A stretch of 64,000 bases of DNA from Candidatus Poribacteria bacterium (GTDB lineage Bacteria > Poribacteria > WGA-4E > WGA-3G): NCBI GenBank assembly GCA_965207855.1, contig OZ242310.1, positions 2,197,881-2,261,880 on the forward strand. The letters run 5' to 3'. Every line of letters begins with the position of its first letter. Within the stretch, counting starts at the first letter, position 1. The notes beneath the pieces were generated by a model. It was not told the DNA's origin, did no database searches, and was given only the letters and a program-made list of their open reading frames with translations. Made by a program: the position numbers and the translations under genes. Below, piece after piece: positions 29,437 to 40,282 of the stretch.

Positions 29437-29859
29437 ATGCCCACTGAGTACCGAACCAAGCGAAAAATTGAGTTCGCTGACACCGATATGGCAGGGATTG
29501 TCCATTTTACACGATTTTTCGTCTTCATGGAATCCGCTGAACACGAGTTCCTACGCAGCTTAGGGACAAGCGTCGCAACTGAATGGAATGGAGACAAAAT
29601 CGGGTGGCCCCGACTCGCGGCTTCGTGCGAGTATCTAAGTCCACTCCGGTTTGAAGATGAGGTTGACATCCGCCTCTGGATCTCCAAAAAAGGAGCGAAA
29701 TCGCTTACCTATCAATTCCACTTTACACATCAAGGCAAAGACATCGCACGGGGAGAGGTTACGACTGTCTGTTGTGTAACAAACCCGGGTGAGAAACTAC
29801 GGGCAATCCCTATCCCCGATTTCATTGCCAATCAGATTTCCTGTCCAGAAGAAAAATAA
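29437..29859 (+). CDS. Acyl-CoA thioesterase (4HBT/YbgC hot-dog fold)
   Basis: 'FADTDMAGIVHF..FF.FME.AE', 'CEYLSPLRFED'. Confidence 0.9.
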   Translation: MPTEYRTKRKIEFADTDMAGIVHFTRFFVFMESAEHEFLRSLGTSVATEWNGDKIGWPRLAASCEYLSPLRFEDEVDIRLWISKKGAKSLTYQFHFTHQGKDIARGEVTTVCCVTNPGEKLRAIPIPDFIANQISCPEEK

Positions 29860-29864
29860 AGAAT

Positions 29865-30554
29865 ATGGAACAATCGCGCACTACCGCTCCGTTGCTTAAA
29901 GTTTCCAATCTATCCAAAGACTTCGGATCCGTTCAAGTCTTGCGAAATATTTCATTTACGCTCACTGACGGCAGTTCGGTGGCGATTACCGGTCCTTCGG
30001 GTTCTGGCAAAAGCACACTGCTACACATTGTCGGGACGTTAGAGTCACCGAGTAGCGGACGGGTTGAGATTAACAACACGGATCCATTTCAACTTTCTGA
30101 ACCCGAACTCGCCCGCTATCGGAACGCTGTCATCGGATTTGTATTTCAGGATCATCATCTGCTCCCGCAGTATTCCGTGCTTGAGAACGTCCTTATTCCG
30201 ACACTTGTTTCTAAACGCGCTCCTGACCCAACACAACGCGCACACGAACTCCTCAGACGGATAGGACTCTCGCACCGCGTATCGCATCGACCGGCTGAAC
30301 TTTCCGGTGGCGAACGACAACGCGTCGCTATTGCCCGTGCCCTTATCAATCAACCCGACATCCTCCTCTGCGATGAACCGACAGGGAACTTGGATACAAC
30401 AACTTCGGATACCATCGCCGACTTGCTCTTTGAGCTCCATCGTGTAGAGCAAAAGATATTGATTGTTGTCACCCACAACCTTGAATTCGCTTCCCGTTTT
30501 CAGCAACGCCTGCAACTTGTTGACGGCATTTGCAGCGTCACGCAAAGTTCTTAA
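29865..30554 (+). CDS. ABC transporter ATP-binding protein (LolD/MacB-like)
   Basis: GPSGSGKS, LSGGERQRVAIARAL, LLCDEPTGNLD, VVTH. Confidence 0.95.
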   Translation: MEQSRTTAPLLKVSNLSKDFGSVQVLRNISFTLTDGSSVAITGPSGSGKSTLLHIVGTLESPSSGRVEINNTDPFQLSEPELARYRNAVIGFVFQDHHLLPQYSVLENVLIPTLVSKRAPDPTQRAHELLRRIGLSHRVSHRPAELSGGERQRVAIARALINQPDILLCDEPTGNLDTTTSDTIADLLFELHRVEQKILIVVTHNLEFASRFQQRLQLVDGICSVTQSS

Positions 30555-30565
30555 CCCAACAGACG

Positions 30566-33500
30566 ATGCACAAATTTTCTTGGAACGCCCTTAAACACTT
30601 CTGGCAGATACACCTCACTGTTGCCCTCTGCACAGCCGTCGCTACCGGTGTGCTTGCAGGGGCTTTGCTCGTCGGGGATTCTGTCCGTGGAAGCCTCCGC
30701 AGCCTCACGGCGGAACGGCTCGGTACAATTCAACATGCCCTCCTCGCCGATCACTTTTTCCAACAAAGTATCTTAGATCGGCAAAACACTGTACCAACGA
30801 TTTTATTGAATGGAACGGTTGTCGCACCACAGGCACAGACCCGTGCATCAAAGGTTAACGTTCTCGGCGTAACAGAAGACTTCTTCGCCTTTTGGGCAGG
30901 CGATCCCGTGCCGAACCTGAACAAAACCCCGAATCAGCCTTTCAACGCTATTGTCATCAACGCGGCACTCCAAAGTGAGTTGGATGTCCAAATCGGCGAT
31001 ATGCTCTTGGTGAACGTCGCGCAAGTCGCTGACATCCATCCCGAATTCTTGCTCGGTGAACGGGACGCTGCGGAGGCTATCCAGAGCCTCCGATTGGTAA
31101 TAAGCGACGTTATTCCGACGAAGAACGCTGGACGGTTCAACCTACGCCCGCATCAAAACCTCCCTTTCAACGCTTTCATCGCGCTTCCCGTTTTACAAAA
31201 AGCACTCGGACAGGTAGATCAAGTAAACGCGCTATTCACAGCAGAGACGGAGCCAATCTCGCCCGATCAACTTACACTAACGCTTGATGCACTTGACTTG
31301 AAGGTTCAGGTTCATGAGAATCATTTTGATCTCCAAAGTCGGCAGTATCTCCTTAAACCTGTGTTATCGGAGAGTGCCTTAACGGTTGCAACGGAAAACG
31401 GTATCCCGACCCTCCCGACGCTGACCTATCTCGCAAATACAATATCTGCCAACGGCAGGATGGTTCCATATTCTACTATGGTCGCACTTCCAACAGATGC
31501 AGGAGAGCTTTCAGATGACTATCGCGCCAAACCCAGTGAAATCGTTCTCAATACGTGGACAGCGGATGACCTCGGTGTGAAGGTCGGCGACACAATCACG
31601 ATTACATATTATACCGTCAAGTCAGAAGATTATAGCGTCAAGGGAAAAGAAGCGTACATCACGGAAACTGCTTCTTTCCTTCTGAAGGGAATCCTACCCA
31701 TTGAGGGCATCGCCGCTGATAGAGGCATCATTCCTGAGTTCCCGGGTATCCACGACACCGCCGATATGTCCGAATGGGAGTCCCCTTTTCCGATTGATTA
31801 TACCCTCATCCGCAGCCAAGATGAAGCCTATTGGGATGAATACGGACCAACACCGAAAGCGTTTATCTCACTGGAGACGGGCAAGCGACTCTGGGAAAAT
31901 CGGTTTGGCGATCTAACGAGTATTCGGATGAAGGTGCCACAAGGTTCAGAGGTGCAGGCAACACGCACGCTTTTTGAAACCGAGTTCCTCAAGAAGATTC
32001 AACCCGAACAGATCGGATTTCAATTCTTGGCACTCCAAGCAGAAGGGCAACAAGCCGCTACAGGTGCCACGGATTTCGGGATGCTGTTTAGCAGCCTCAG
32101 TATCCTTATTATTCTTGCTGTCGCGTGGCTTGTCGAGCTGTTCTTTCGTATCGGTGTTGAGCAGCGTTCTCACGAGATTGGTATACTACAAGCCGTTGGC
32201 TATTCACTCGCTAAAATCCGCCGTCGTTTCTTTTTTGAGGGGGGGAGTGTCGCCGGTATCGGCACACTCTTGGGATGCTTACTCGCCATTGGGTACGCCC
32301 AACTGATGATATTCGGGTTAAAGACGTGGTGGTTGCCTGCTATTGGCACCCCCTTCATCGCATTTCACGCGAGTTTATGGAGCCTACTTATCGGTGTATG
32401 CGTGACAATGGTCGTCATGCTGAATGCCATCCGTGTTGCCGTCGCGAGGATAGGACGGACTTCGACGGCTACGCTCCTCGCCGGTGGAACGGATTTTGAT
32501 GATGCGGCTGTAAAACCAAAACCTCAAGAAACAAAGACATCTGGCGGTTTAGTATCAAAAATTATCTTTCTGGGGCTCGGTATCTGGGCTGGTATTTTGG
32601 GCGGTTCCAATCTCGTTGAGGAGGGATGGGGCGGATTGGTCTATTTGATTTTGTTGAGTGCTATTGTTTTATTTTTTATCGGTTATGGCCTCCGTAGAGC
32701 TATCCGTAAAGGGGAGGGCATCTACGCGCATCTGACCGCCAAGCAGGCGAATTCGTTCGTTCTCCTTTGCGCGATTGGGATTGTTATCGGTACTGTCATC
32801 GCCTACTTCCCCGTGGTCCAGTGGATTCGCGAGACGGTTTTCTCGTGGTTTGAACATCCGGTCGTCCAATTTCTACTCTCCACACTCTCTATTCTCGGTG
32901 TGGGATGGCTGGCTTTTAGTAGATGGCTAACCTCCGAGAACGTACCGAAACGGTTCAGCCGAATGCGATTTGCTATCAAAAATGCTGCGCGGCAGCCGCA
33001 ACGGAGCAAAATCTCTGTTACAACCGTCAGCTTGGCGTGCTGTATTATTGTTGCAGTCGGTGCGAATCGGCACGACGCACCCCCAGAGACAGAATACGCC
33101 TTTGTTGCGGAGTCGTCACTCCCTTTACACCATAGTCTGAATACACCCGACGGTTGGTTTGAACTCGGTTTCTCTGACGCCACTTCTGAACTGCTCAGCG
33201 CGTCGGAAGTCATTCCGTTTCGCGTGCTTCCGGGTGAGGACGTAAGTTGTCTGAATCTCTACCAACCCCAGAAACCCCAGATTTTAGGGATCTCGGACAC
33301 TGCCCTAAACGAGGTTCCATGGACGACCTTACAACCGAGCAGCTCCCATACTAATATGATTATTGGCATTGCTGATGAAAACTCGCTCCGTTGGATTTTA
33401 CACCATAATCCTGATGAGGAATTTCTTGTTCAAGATGAATTCGGAAACCCACTGAGCCTTCACCTTCACACACTTGAAAACAGCCTCTTCCAGAGCCAAC

Positions 33501-34066
33501 TCATTATCTCAGCGTCGAATTTCACAAAGTACTTTCCAAGCCAAAGCGGTTATCAGTTTTTCCTTATCAAAACGCCACCCGAATTGCGAGAAGAGACAGC
33601 ACAAGTCTTAGAGAAAGGGCTCGGTGACTACGGGTTTGACCTGACATCCGCATCGGCGCGATTGGCGAGTTATCGATCGGTTGAGAATACCTATATCTCC
33701 ACTTTCCAGAGCCTCGGTGGTTTGGGCGTGTTACTCGGGACGTTCGGACTGGCACTGGTGTTGTTTAGAAATATTATTGAACGCCGTGGTGAGCTCGCGA
33801 CGCTCCGCGCTTTCGGGTTCAGCCGACGCCTCCTCTCGCGGATGTTATTCCTCGAAAGCTGCTTCCTACTCACTGTCGGTATGCTTATCGGGATTATCGC
33901 AGGACTTGTGGCGGTCCTGGCGACGCATGGACACTTTCCCACTTTCCCATGGGTTTCCCTCACAATTACCTTGCTTTTTATCTTCGGTTTTGGTATAATT
34001 GCAAATGCCGTTGCAGTTGCAATTGCACTCCGAAGACCACTCTTGGCTACCCTTAAGTCCGAATAA
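30566..34066 (+). CDS. ABC transporter permease (double FtsX-like)
   Basis: 'GALLVGDSVRGSLR', 'EQRSHEIGILQAVGY', 'ERRGELATLRAFGF'; multiple TM helices; follows the ATPase; track start 30530. Confidence 0.88.
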   Translation: MHKFSWNALKHFWQIHLTVALCTAVATGVLAGALLVGDSVRGSLRSLTAERLGTIQHALLADHFFQQSILDRQNTVPTILLNGTVVAPQAQTRASKVNVLGVTEDFFAFWAGDPVPNLNKTPNQPFNAIVINAALQSELDVQIGDMLLVNVAQVADIHPEFLLGERDAAEAIQSLRLVISDVIPTKNAGRFNLRPHQNLPFNAFIALPVLQKALGQVDQVNALFTAETEPISPDQLTLTLDALDLKVQVHENHFDLQSRQYLLKPVLSESALTVATENGIPTLPTLTYLANTISANGRMVPYSTMVALPTDAGELSDDYRAKPSEIVLNTWTADDLGVKVGDTITITYYTVKSEDYSVKGKEAYITETASFLLKGILPIEGIAADRGIIPEFPGIHDTADMSEWESPFPIDYTLIRSQDEAYWDEYGPTPKAFISLETGKRLWENRFGDLTSIRMKVPQGSEVQATRTLFETEFLKKIQPEQIGFQFLALQAEGQQAATGATDFGMLFSSLSILIILAVAWLVELFFRIGVEQRSHEIGILQAVGYSLAKIRRRFFFEGGSVAGIGTLLGCLLAIGYAQLMIFGLKTWWLPAIGTPFIAFHASLWSLLIGVCVTMVVMLNAIRVAVARIGRTSTATLLAGGTDFDDAAVKPKPQETKTSGGLVSKIIFLGLGIWAGILGGSNLVEEGWGGLVYLILLSAIVLFFIGYGLRRAIRKGEGIYAHLTAKQANSFVLLCAIGIVIGTVIAYFPVVQWIRETVFSWFEHPVVQFLLSTLSILGVGWLAFSRWLTSENVPKRFSRMRFAIKNAARQPQRSKISVTTVSLACCIIVAVGANRHDAPPETEYAFVAESSLPLHHSLNTPDGWFELGFSDATSELLSASEVIPFRVLPGEDVSCLNLYQPQKPQILGISDTALNEVPWTTLQPSSSHTNMIIGIADENSLRWILHHNPDEEFLVQDEFGNPLSLHLHTLENSLFQSQLIISASNFTKYFPSQSGYQFFLIKTPPELREETAQVLEKGLGDYGFDLTSASARLASYRSVENTYISTFQSLGGLGVLLGTFGLALVLFRNIIERRGELATLRAFGFSRRLLSRMLFLESCFLLTVGMLIGIIAGLVAVLATHGHFPTFPWVSLTITLLFIFGFGIIANAVAVAIALRRPLLATLKSE

Positions 34067-34081
34067 TCGCGAAAACACAGT

Positions 34082-34678
34082 ATGTTTGCGTTGAAAACGA
34101 CACTTCATATAGGATATGTGGTGCTGATTGCCTGCTCTCTCCTGATGCAAAGCGGGTGCTCCAGTGATCCCGAAACAGACACGCCGAGTGCAGTCAATTA
34201 CACGGAATCGGGGTGGCGCGCTTATGCATCGGGGAACCATGCCCAGGCACTCCTCAGTTTTGAGCGCGCCCTGAGTTTCGATGAGACGCTTGCGGATGCA
34301 CACAACGGCATAGGATGGAGTCACCTCAGCCTATCCCTAAATCCGGTGCTTGCACAGCAGGCGTTCCAAAATGCTGTTCAACTGGACGCTTCAAATGCTG
34401 ATGCTTGGGTTGGGCTCGCGAACGTGCTCTATCTGCGAAATAAAGATGCCTCTGATTTCAGGGCTGCTATCCGTGCGACTGATAACGCACTGCAAGGCGA
34501 TGCCAAATACCTTTTTCGGCACGATTACCGTTCTAAAGCCGATCTCTATGCACTACGGGCATCCTGTTATTACTATCTCAACGAGGTTCAGTCTGCAAAG
34601 CAGGAGACGGAAAAGGCACTCCAAATTGATACAACAAATAGGACTGCTATCGTCCTACAAAATTTACTAAAAGAATAG
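34082..34678 (+). CDS. TPR-repeat lipoprotein
   Basis: QSGC lipobox; TPR patterns 'ALLSFERAL', 'DAHNGIGW', 'DAWVGLA'. Confidence 0.75.
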   Translation: MFALKTTLHIGYVVLIACSLLMQSGCSSDPETDTPSAVNYTESGWRAYASGNHAQALLSFERALSFDETLADAHNGIGWSHLSLSLNPVLAQQAFQNAVQLDASNADAWVGLANVLYLRNKDASDFRAAIRATDNALQGDAKYLFRHDYRSKADLYALRASCYYYLNEVQSAKQETEKALQIDTTNRTAIVLQNLLKE

Positions 34679-34719
34679 CGAACCGCATATCGCGAACCGC
34701 GAATAGCAGGAGAAAAAAT

Positions 34720-35613
34720 ATGTCTCAAGATGTTATCACCTCTACACAGTTAACCAACTTATCACCTACCCATAGCGGCAAGGTCCGAGACCTCTACGAT
34801 CTCGGAGATGAACTTTTGATTGTATCGACCGATCGGATCTCAGCGTTCGATGTCGTTTTACCGAACGGTATTCCTGACAAGGGGCGAGTCTTGACCGGTT
34901 TGTCCACGTTCTGGTTCAACTACACCGAGTCTGTCGCCGACAATCACCTCATTACAACGGAAGTCGAAGCGTATCCCGATGTCCTACAGCCGGATGCAGA
35001 CCTTTTAAAAGGACGTTCCATGCTCGTCCGCAAAGCAGAACGCGTTGATGTTGAATGCGTTGTGCGTGGCTATCTCGCAGGGTCTGGCTGGTCGTCGTAT
35101 CAGAAAATCGGCGAAATCTGTGGACAGAAACTGCCCCCCGGATTACAAGAATCAGATCGACTCCCAGAACTCCTTTTTACACCGACAACCAAGGCGGAAC
35201 AGGGAGAACACGACGAACCGATCTCTATTGAGGAGATGCGAGATCAAGTCGGCAGTGAACTAACCGATCGGTTAATCGAGGCGAGTTTTGAACTCTTCAG
35301 AGCTGCCAGCCAACACGCTGAAAGTGCCGGAATTATCCTCTGTGATACCAAGTTTGAGTTCGGGCAGCGCGACGGTAAACTGATTGTTATTGACGAAATC
35401 TTCACACCCGACTCCTCCCGTTTCTGGCCCGCGGAGCTCTACGAACCCGGTAAACCGCAGCAGAGTTTCGATAAACAATTCGTTAGGGATTATCTCTCCG
35501 AAATCGGTTGGAACAAGGAACCGCCTGCGCCAGAGTTACCAGAGACCGTTATCTCTAAGACAAGCGAGAAATACCGCGAAGCGTATCGCCTCATTGTTGG
35601 TGAAGAACTGTAG
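34720..35613 (+). CDS. purC: Phosphoribosylaminoimidazole-succinocarboxamide synthase
   Basis: 'SGKVRDLY', 'TDRISAFD', 'ECVVRGYLAGSGW', 'DTKFEFG', 'DEIFTPDSSRFW', 'FDKQFVRD'. Confidence 0.97.
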   Translation: MSQDVITSTQLTNLSPTHSGKVRDLYDLGDELLIVSTDRISAFDVVLPNGIPDKGRVLTGLSTFWFNYTESVADNHLITTEVEAYPDVLQPDADLLKGRSMLVRKAERVDVECVVRGYLAGSGWSSYQKIGEICGQKLPPGLQESDRLPELLFTPTTKAEQGEHDEPISIEEMRDQVGSELTDRLIEASFELFRAASQHAESAGIILCDTKFEFGQRDGKLIVIDEIFTPDSSRFWPAELYEPGKPQQSFDKQFVRDYLSEIGWNKEPPAPELPETVISKTSEKYREAYRLIVGEEL

Positions 35614-35635
35614 AACTTACACACGCAGCTCTTCT

Positions 35636-35658
35636 GTAGCACAAACTTTTAGTTTGTG
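35636..35658 (+). repeat. GTAG REP-like hairpin
   Basis: GTAG-CACAAACT-ttt-AGTTTGTG. Confidence 0.5.
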
Positions 35659-35675
35659 TTTTGGAGTCATCTGAA

Positions 35676-36863
35676 ATGGCAAGTCCCCTGAACGGTATAA
35701 AAGTCTTGGATCTGACACGAGTACTCGCCGGTCCTTATGCCACAATGCTGCTCGGCGATCTCGGCGCGGAGATCATCAAGATTGAACAACCCGGCACAGG
35801 GGACGAATCTCGCAATTTCGGTCCCTTCAAAAACGGGTTTAGTCTCTACTTCATGAGTGTCAATCGTGGGAAACGGAGTGTGACGCTCAACCTCAAGACC
35901 GAACGCGGACGCGCAATATTCAAACAGTTGTTGAATCAGACGGATATTCTGGTGGAGAATTTCCGACCCGGAACGATGGAAAAATTGGGGTTGAGTTATG
36001 ACACGCTCAAATCTGAGTATCCGTCGCTTATTTATGCGGCGTGTTCCGGTTTTGGGCAGACGGGTCCCTACGCGCAGCAGGGTGCGTATGATATGATTAT
36101 CCAAGGTATGGGCGGTATTATCAGTATCACCGGTGAACCCGGCGGACCCCCTGTGCGTGTCGGCACCTCTATCAGCGACATTACCGCTGCGCTCTTCACG
36201 ACAATCGGTATCCTCTCAGCATTACACCATCGCAACCAAACGGGTAAGGGACAGTTTGTTGATGTCGCAATGTTAGATAGTCTTGTTGCCGTTTTGGAAA
36301 ATGCTGTTGTTCGCTATTTCGCAACAGGTGAGGCACCGAAACCGCTCGGTGCCAGACACCCAGCGATCACACCCTTTGAAGCGTTCGCATCTGCTGACGG
36401 ACACGTTATTATTGCCCTCGGAAACGATACCCTCTGGGCAAAGTTCTGTGAGCACGTCGGTAGGCAGGCACTCATTTCGGATAAACGGTTTCGGACGAAC
36501 GCAGACCGGACAGAAAACCACGATCAACTCTTCCCAATTCTTTCGGAGATTATGTCGCAACGCACAACAGACGACTGGATTGACGCACTCGGTAGAATTG
36601 GTGTCCCGTGTGGTCCCATCAATGCGATGGACAAGGTCGTCACCCACCCACAAGTTCAGGCGCGGGAGATGATTACACGCGTCGTACACCAAATCACGGG
36701 TGAGGTTGAAGTGCCGGGAGTCCCGATAAAACTATCGGAAACCCCCGGCAGCGTGGACGCACCTGCACCGAGTCTCGGCGAACACACCACCGAGGTCTTG
36801 ACAGGTTTGTTAGGAATGTCACCTGATGAAGTCGAGCAACTCAGTCGAGACAAAATCATTTAA
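35676..36863 (+). CDS. CoA transferase family III (CaiB/BaiF)
   Basis: 'LDLTRVLAGPY..MLLGDLGAE', 'NRGKRS', 'VENFRPG', 'SGFGQTGP', 'APSLGEHT'. Confidence 0.95.
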   Translation: MASPLNGIKVLDLTRVLAGPYATMLLGDLGAEIIKIEQPGTGDESRNFGPFKNGFSLYFMSVNRGKRSVTLNLKTERGRAIFKQLLNQTDILVENFRPGTMEKLGLSYDTLKSEYPSLIYAACSGFGQTGPYAQQGAYDMIIQGMGGIISITGEPGGPPVRVGTSISDITAALFTTIGILSALHHRNQTGKGQFVDVAMLDSLVAVLENAVVRYFATGEAPKPLGARHPAITPFEAFASADGHVIIALGNDTLWAKFCEHVGRQALISDKRFRTNADRTENHDQLFPILSEIMSQRTTDDWIDALGRIGVPCGPINAMDKVVTHPQVQAREMITRVVHQITGEVEVPGVPIKLSETPGSVDAPAPSLGEHTTEVLTGLLGMSPDEVEQLSRDKII

Positions 36864-36867
36864 TGGT

Positions 36868-36945
36868 TAGGACTTACGCACTCCACTGGTAGGTGCGGTT
36901 TTGCAGCGTACTCGCTCAAATGCGATGTGCATTCCAACCGCACCG
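36868..36945 (+). repeat. Composite MITE/REP element (left TIR only)
   Basis: TAGGACTTACGCA + CTGGTAGGTGCGGTT-TTGCAGCGTACTCGCTCAAATGCGATGTGCATTCC-AACCGCACC; near-identical to 62923-63000. Confidence 0.8.
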
Positions 36946-36958
36946 AAAGGGTAAAAAA

Positions 36959-39217
36959 ATGTTAAATGAAACCCCACAAACACTACACGGAACAACCCTT
37001 TTGACGATGGAGGGCGATCTCGCCGCACAGATGGTTGAGACTCTTGACGGGTACGTTACCGATGCGGTAGCGAGTTCTCCTGAAAAACGTGAGGCTTTAT
37101 GGAACCGAGATTACAGTTCTCACGATGTGTATGTGAAATCCGTTGAACCCAATCGCGAACGGTTTAGAAAACAGATTGGCTGCCTCGATGAACGGTTGCC
37201 GATTGAGGAACTCAGCTACGTAGCCACTACACGTGCGCCTGCACAGATCGTAGAATCGGACGATTACACGGTATCTCGCGTCCGGTGGCCGGTTTTTAAT
37301 GAGGTCGAGGGGGATGGGCTTCTATTGGAGCCTGTGTCCAATCTACCAATTCCTGCCCAAATCATTGCTTTACCCGACGCGGATTGGACCCCTGAGATGA
37401 TCACCGGCGTGACAAACGATCTACCGTTGACCGCTCAATACGCAAAACGTTTGGTCCGGGCGGGCTGTCGCGTCGTCGTTCCGCTCCTTATTAACCGAGA
37501 CGATACCTATTCGGGTAATCCGACTCTCGGTGCCATGACGAATCAACCCCACCGTGAATTCATCTACCGGATGGCGTATCAACTCGGAAGACATATCATC
37601 GGGTATGAAGTGCAGAAGGTGTTGTCGTTGGTGGATTGGATGTCGCATTCCGATGTGCCGATTGGCGTTATCGGTTACGGTGAAGGCGGGCTAATTGCAC
37701 TCTATAGTGCCGCTGTCGATACTCGGATTCAAGCAACGGCTGTCAGCGGCTATTTTCAATCGCGGCAAGCGGTCTGGCGAGAGCCTATCTACCGGAATGT
37801 ATGGGGATTGTTACACGAATTTGGGGACGCTGAAATCGCCAGTCTCGTCGCGCCGCGTCCATTAATTATTGAAGCGAGTCGTGGACCTGAAGTCGCTGGT
37901 CCACCGCCACCGCGCTCGGGACGTGGAGGGGGTGCACCCGGACAATTGGTGTCACCGCCGCTCGATGCTGTAAAGGCGGAATTTGACCGCGCACGCGACT
38001 GTTATCAGCAACTCGGTGCTGAAAGCGCACTCCATCTCGTTTCACCTGAAGACGGATTGCCAGGAGCAGAAGAGACCGTCCGCAGACTACTGAGCGAGCT
38101 CGGTGCTGAGGATCCATTTATTGATAGCACGCTCCTTCACGCGCTGCCGCCAAGGAACTACAGTTTCAATGACGAAGCCCGACAGCAGCGGCAGTTTATG
38201 CAACTGGTGAATCTGACGCAACGCTTTCTCCGAGAAGCCGCATCGCGGCGGCAACGGTTCTTCTGGGATAAGACGGATACCTCGTCGCTTGAAAGTTGGG
38301 AAGAGACCTGCCGGGATCCGAAAGCCTATTTCTGGGACGAAGTTATCGGTAGATGTCCGGCTCCCGACGTACCTGCCAATCCGAGGACACGACTCCTCTA
38401 TGATGAACCGAACTGGAAGGGATACGAAGTCGTGCTTGATGTCTGGAAAGACGTTTTTGCCTATGGCATCCTGCTGCTCCCGAACGATCTGCAACCTGGG
38501 GAACAGCGTCCCGTCGTTGTCTGTCAACACGGCTTAGAAGGAAGACCGCAGGATACTGCTGATCCAAAAATAGAGTCGGTTTATCACGCTTACGCCGCGA
38601 GTTTGGTTGACAGAGGGTTTATCGCTTATGCCCCGCAGAACCCATACATCGGTCAGGATGCCTTTCGGGTCATCCAACGCAAGGCGAACCCGATAAAATG
38701 GTCGCTCTTTTCACTCATCATTCGCCAGCATGAGCGGACGCTTGACTGGCTCGCGGCGCAGTCCTTCGTTGATGCCGATCGGATCGGGTTTTACGGATTA
38801 TCCTACGGTGGGAAGACGGCGATGCGGGTGCCAGCCGTGCTTGACCGTTACGCCTGCTCCATCTGTTCTGCGGATTTCAACGAATGGATCGTCAAAAATG
38901 CCACTTTTGACGCTCGTTATAGCTATATGTTCGGCGGTGAATATGAGATGCCGGAGTTCGATCTCGGAAACACGTTCAACTACGGCGAGATGGCGGGGTT
39001 AATCGCACCGCGTCCGTTCATGGTGGAACGCGGACACGAAGACGGTGTCGCCCCTGATGAATGGGTCGCCCATGAGTTTGCCGTTGTGCGGAGGCTTTAT
39101 GTCCAACTCGGTATTGCCGATAGGACGGAGATTGAGTTCTTTGATGGTGGACATCAGATTAACGCTGAAGCCACATTCCGTTTCCTCCACCGCCACCTAA
39201 ATTGGCCCGAACCATAA
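36959..39217 (+). CDS. Tandem alpha/beta-hydrolase (dienelactone-hydrolase-like) protein
   Basis: Two hydrolase modules: degenerate 'GYGEGG' and canonical 'GLSYGG' nucleophile elbow; 'APRP' repeated; terminal 'FDGGH'. Confidence 0.75.
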   Translation: MLNETPQTLHGTTLLTMEGDLAAQMVETLDGYVTDAVASSPEKREALWNRDYSSHDVYVKSVEPNRERFRKQIGCLDERLPIEELSYVATTRAPAQIVESDDYTVSRVRWPVFNEVEGDGLLLEPVSNLPIPAQIIALPDADWTPEMITGVTNDLPLTAQYAKRLVRAGCRVVVPLLINRDDTYSGNPTLGAMTNQPHREFIYRMAYQLGRHIIGYEVQKVLSLVDWMSHSDVPIGVIGYGEGGLIALYSAAVDTRIQATAVSGYFQSRQAVWREPIYRNVWGLLHEFGDAEIASLVAPRPLIIEASRGPEVAGPPPPRSGRGGGAPGQLVSPPLDAVKAEFDRARDCYQQLGAESALHLVSPEDGLPGAEETVRRLLSELGAEDPFIDSTLLHALPPRNYSFNDEARQQRQFMQLVNLTQRFLREAASRRQRFFWDKTDTSSLESWEETCRDPKAYFWDEVIGRCPAPDVPANPRTRLLYDEPNWKGYEVVLDVWKDVFAYGILLLPNDLQPGEQRPVVVCQHGLEGRPQDTADPKIESVYHAYAASLVDRGFIAYAPQNPYIGQDAFRVIQRKANPIKWSLFSLIIRQHERTLDWLAAQSFVDADRIGFYGLSYGGKTAMRVPAVLDRYACSICSADFNEWIVKNATFDARYSYMFGGEYEMPEFDLGNTFNYGEMAGLIAPRPFMVERGHEDGVAPDEWVAHEFAVVRRLYVQLGIADRTEIEFFDGGHQINAEATFRFLHRHLNWPEP

Positions 39218-39226
39218 CCCAAAAAT

Positions 39227-40279
39227 ATGCTTTATTCTATCATTGTAAGCGCGGGACTGGAAACAATCGCACGCGAGGAGTTAACCGAACGCTTTAGCGA
39301 CACGGGACACCTGAAAATCCTTGAACGCAGACCCCAACGCCTCCTTTTTCAGTATAGGGGTAACCCGCGCGATTTGTTGTCCGTACGGACCGCAGAGCAT
39401 CTTTTTCTCGTCCTGAAGCGGACACCGAAAATGACGCGCTCACGGAGTTCTCTGGCGGCATTGAGCGGTTCGCTCACACGCTTCAATTTCAAAGAGATGT
39501 TCGAGTGTTGTCGGCAGGTCGGTATCAATGTCCGAAAGCGCACGCCGTTTCGGGTAACGAGTCGATTGTCTGGGAAACGCAACTTTCGGAGGCTTGATCT
39601 CCAACGCGTCGTGGAGCGCGCCTTATTGGATCGCGGGTGGTATCTGGCAAAGAGTGCCGCAGCGTTGGATGTTTGGGCAGAGGTACACGGAGACGACGGT
39701 TATATTAGCGTCAAACTCTCATCGAACGATATGGCGCAGCGTCCCTATAAACAGGCACATATCCCGGCATCGCTCAAACCGACCGTAGCTTATGGCATGG
39801 TACGGCTTTCACGTCCACATCCGACAGACGTCTTTTTGGACGCTATGTGTGGTGCGGGGACCATTCTATTGGAGCGTGCGTTCATCGGTTGCTACGGTTA
39901 CCTCATCGGGGGTGATATTTCTACAGAGGCGTTGGATGCCACTGTGGCGAATTTCGGTAGACAACATCAACCGCGTCAGTTCTTCCATTGGGATGCGCGC
40001 ACCTTACCCCTACAGCCGAACACGGTCGATAAAATTGTTTGTAACCTTCCATTCGGTGAGACAATCGGGAACGTCTCACAACTCACAAATCTATATCGCC
40101 AGTGTCTCAGGGAGTATGAACGCATCCTGAAACCGAGAGGTAGGATGGTATTACTCACCTCGCAACGCAAATTCTTGGATGCTGGGTTGAAACAACAACC
40201 ACCTCTCAAGGTTTCACAACGACTGACGGTCGATGTCCGCGGCACGCGCGCGTGGATATACGTTATCCGTCCCCGATGA
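39227..40279 (+). CDS. THUMP-domain class I SAM-dependent RNA methyltransferase
   Basis: 'ASLKPTVA', 'FLDAMCGAGTILLE', 'GGDIS', 'VCNLPFG'. Confidence 0.85.
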   Translation: MLYSIIVSAGLETIAREELTERFSDTGHLKILERRPQRLLFQYRGNPRDLLSVRTAEHLFLVLKRTPKMTRSRSSLAALSGSLTRFNFKEMFECCRQVGINVRKRTPFRVTSRLSGKRNFRRLDLQRVVERALLDRGWYLAKSAAALDVWAEVHGDDGYISVKLSSNDMAQRPYKQAHIPASLKPTVAYGMVRLSRPHPTDVFLDAMCGAGTILLERAFIGCYGYLIGGDISTEALDATVANFGRQHQPRQFFHWDARTLPLQPNTVDKIVCNLPFGETIGNVSQLTNLYRQCLREYERILKPRGRMVLLTSQRKFLDAGLKQQPPLKVSQRLTVDVRGTRAWIYVIRPR

Positions 40280-40282
40280 TAC

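Noticed and set aside
36893-36958. N-terminal extension of the hydrolase ORF in the track
   Set aside because: Translates the REP/MITE element; the real start is more likely ATG 36959.
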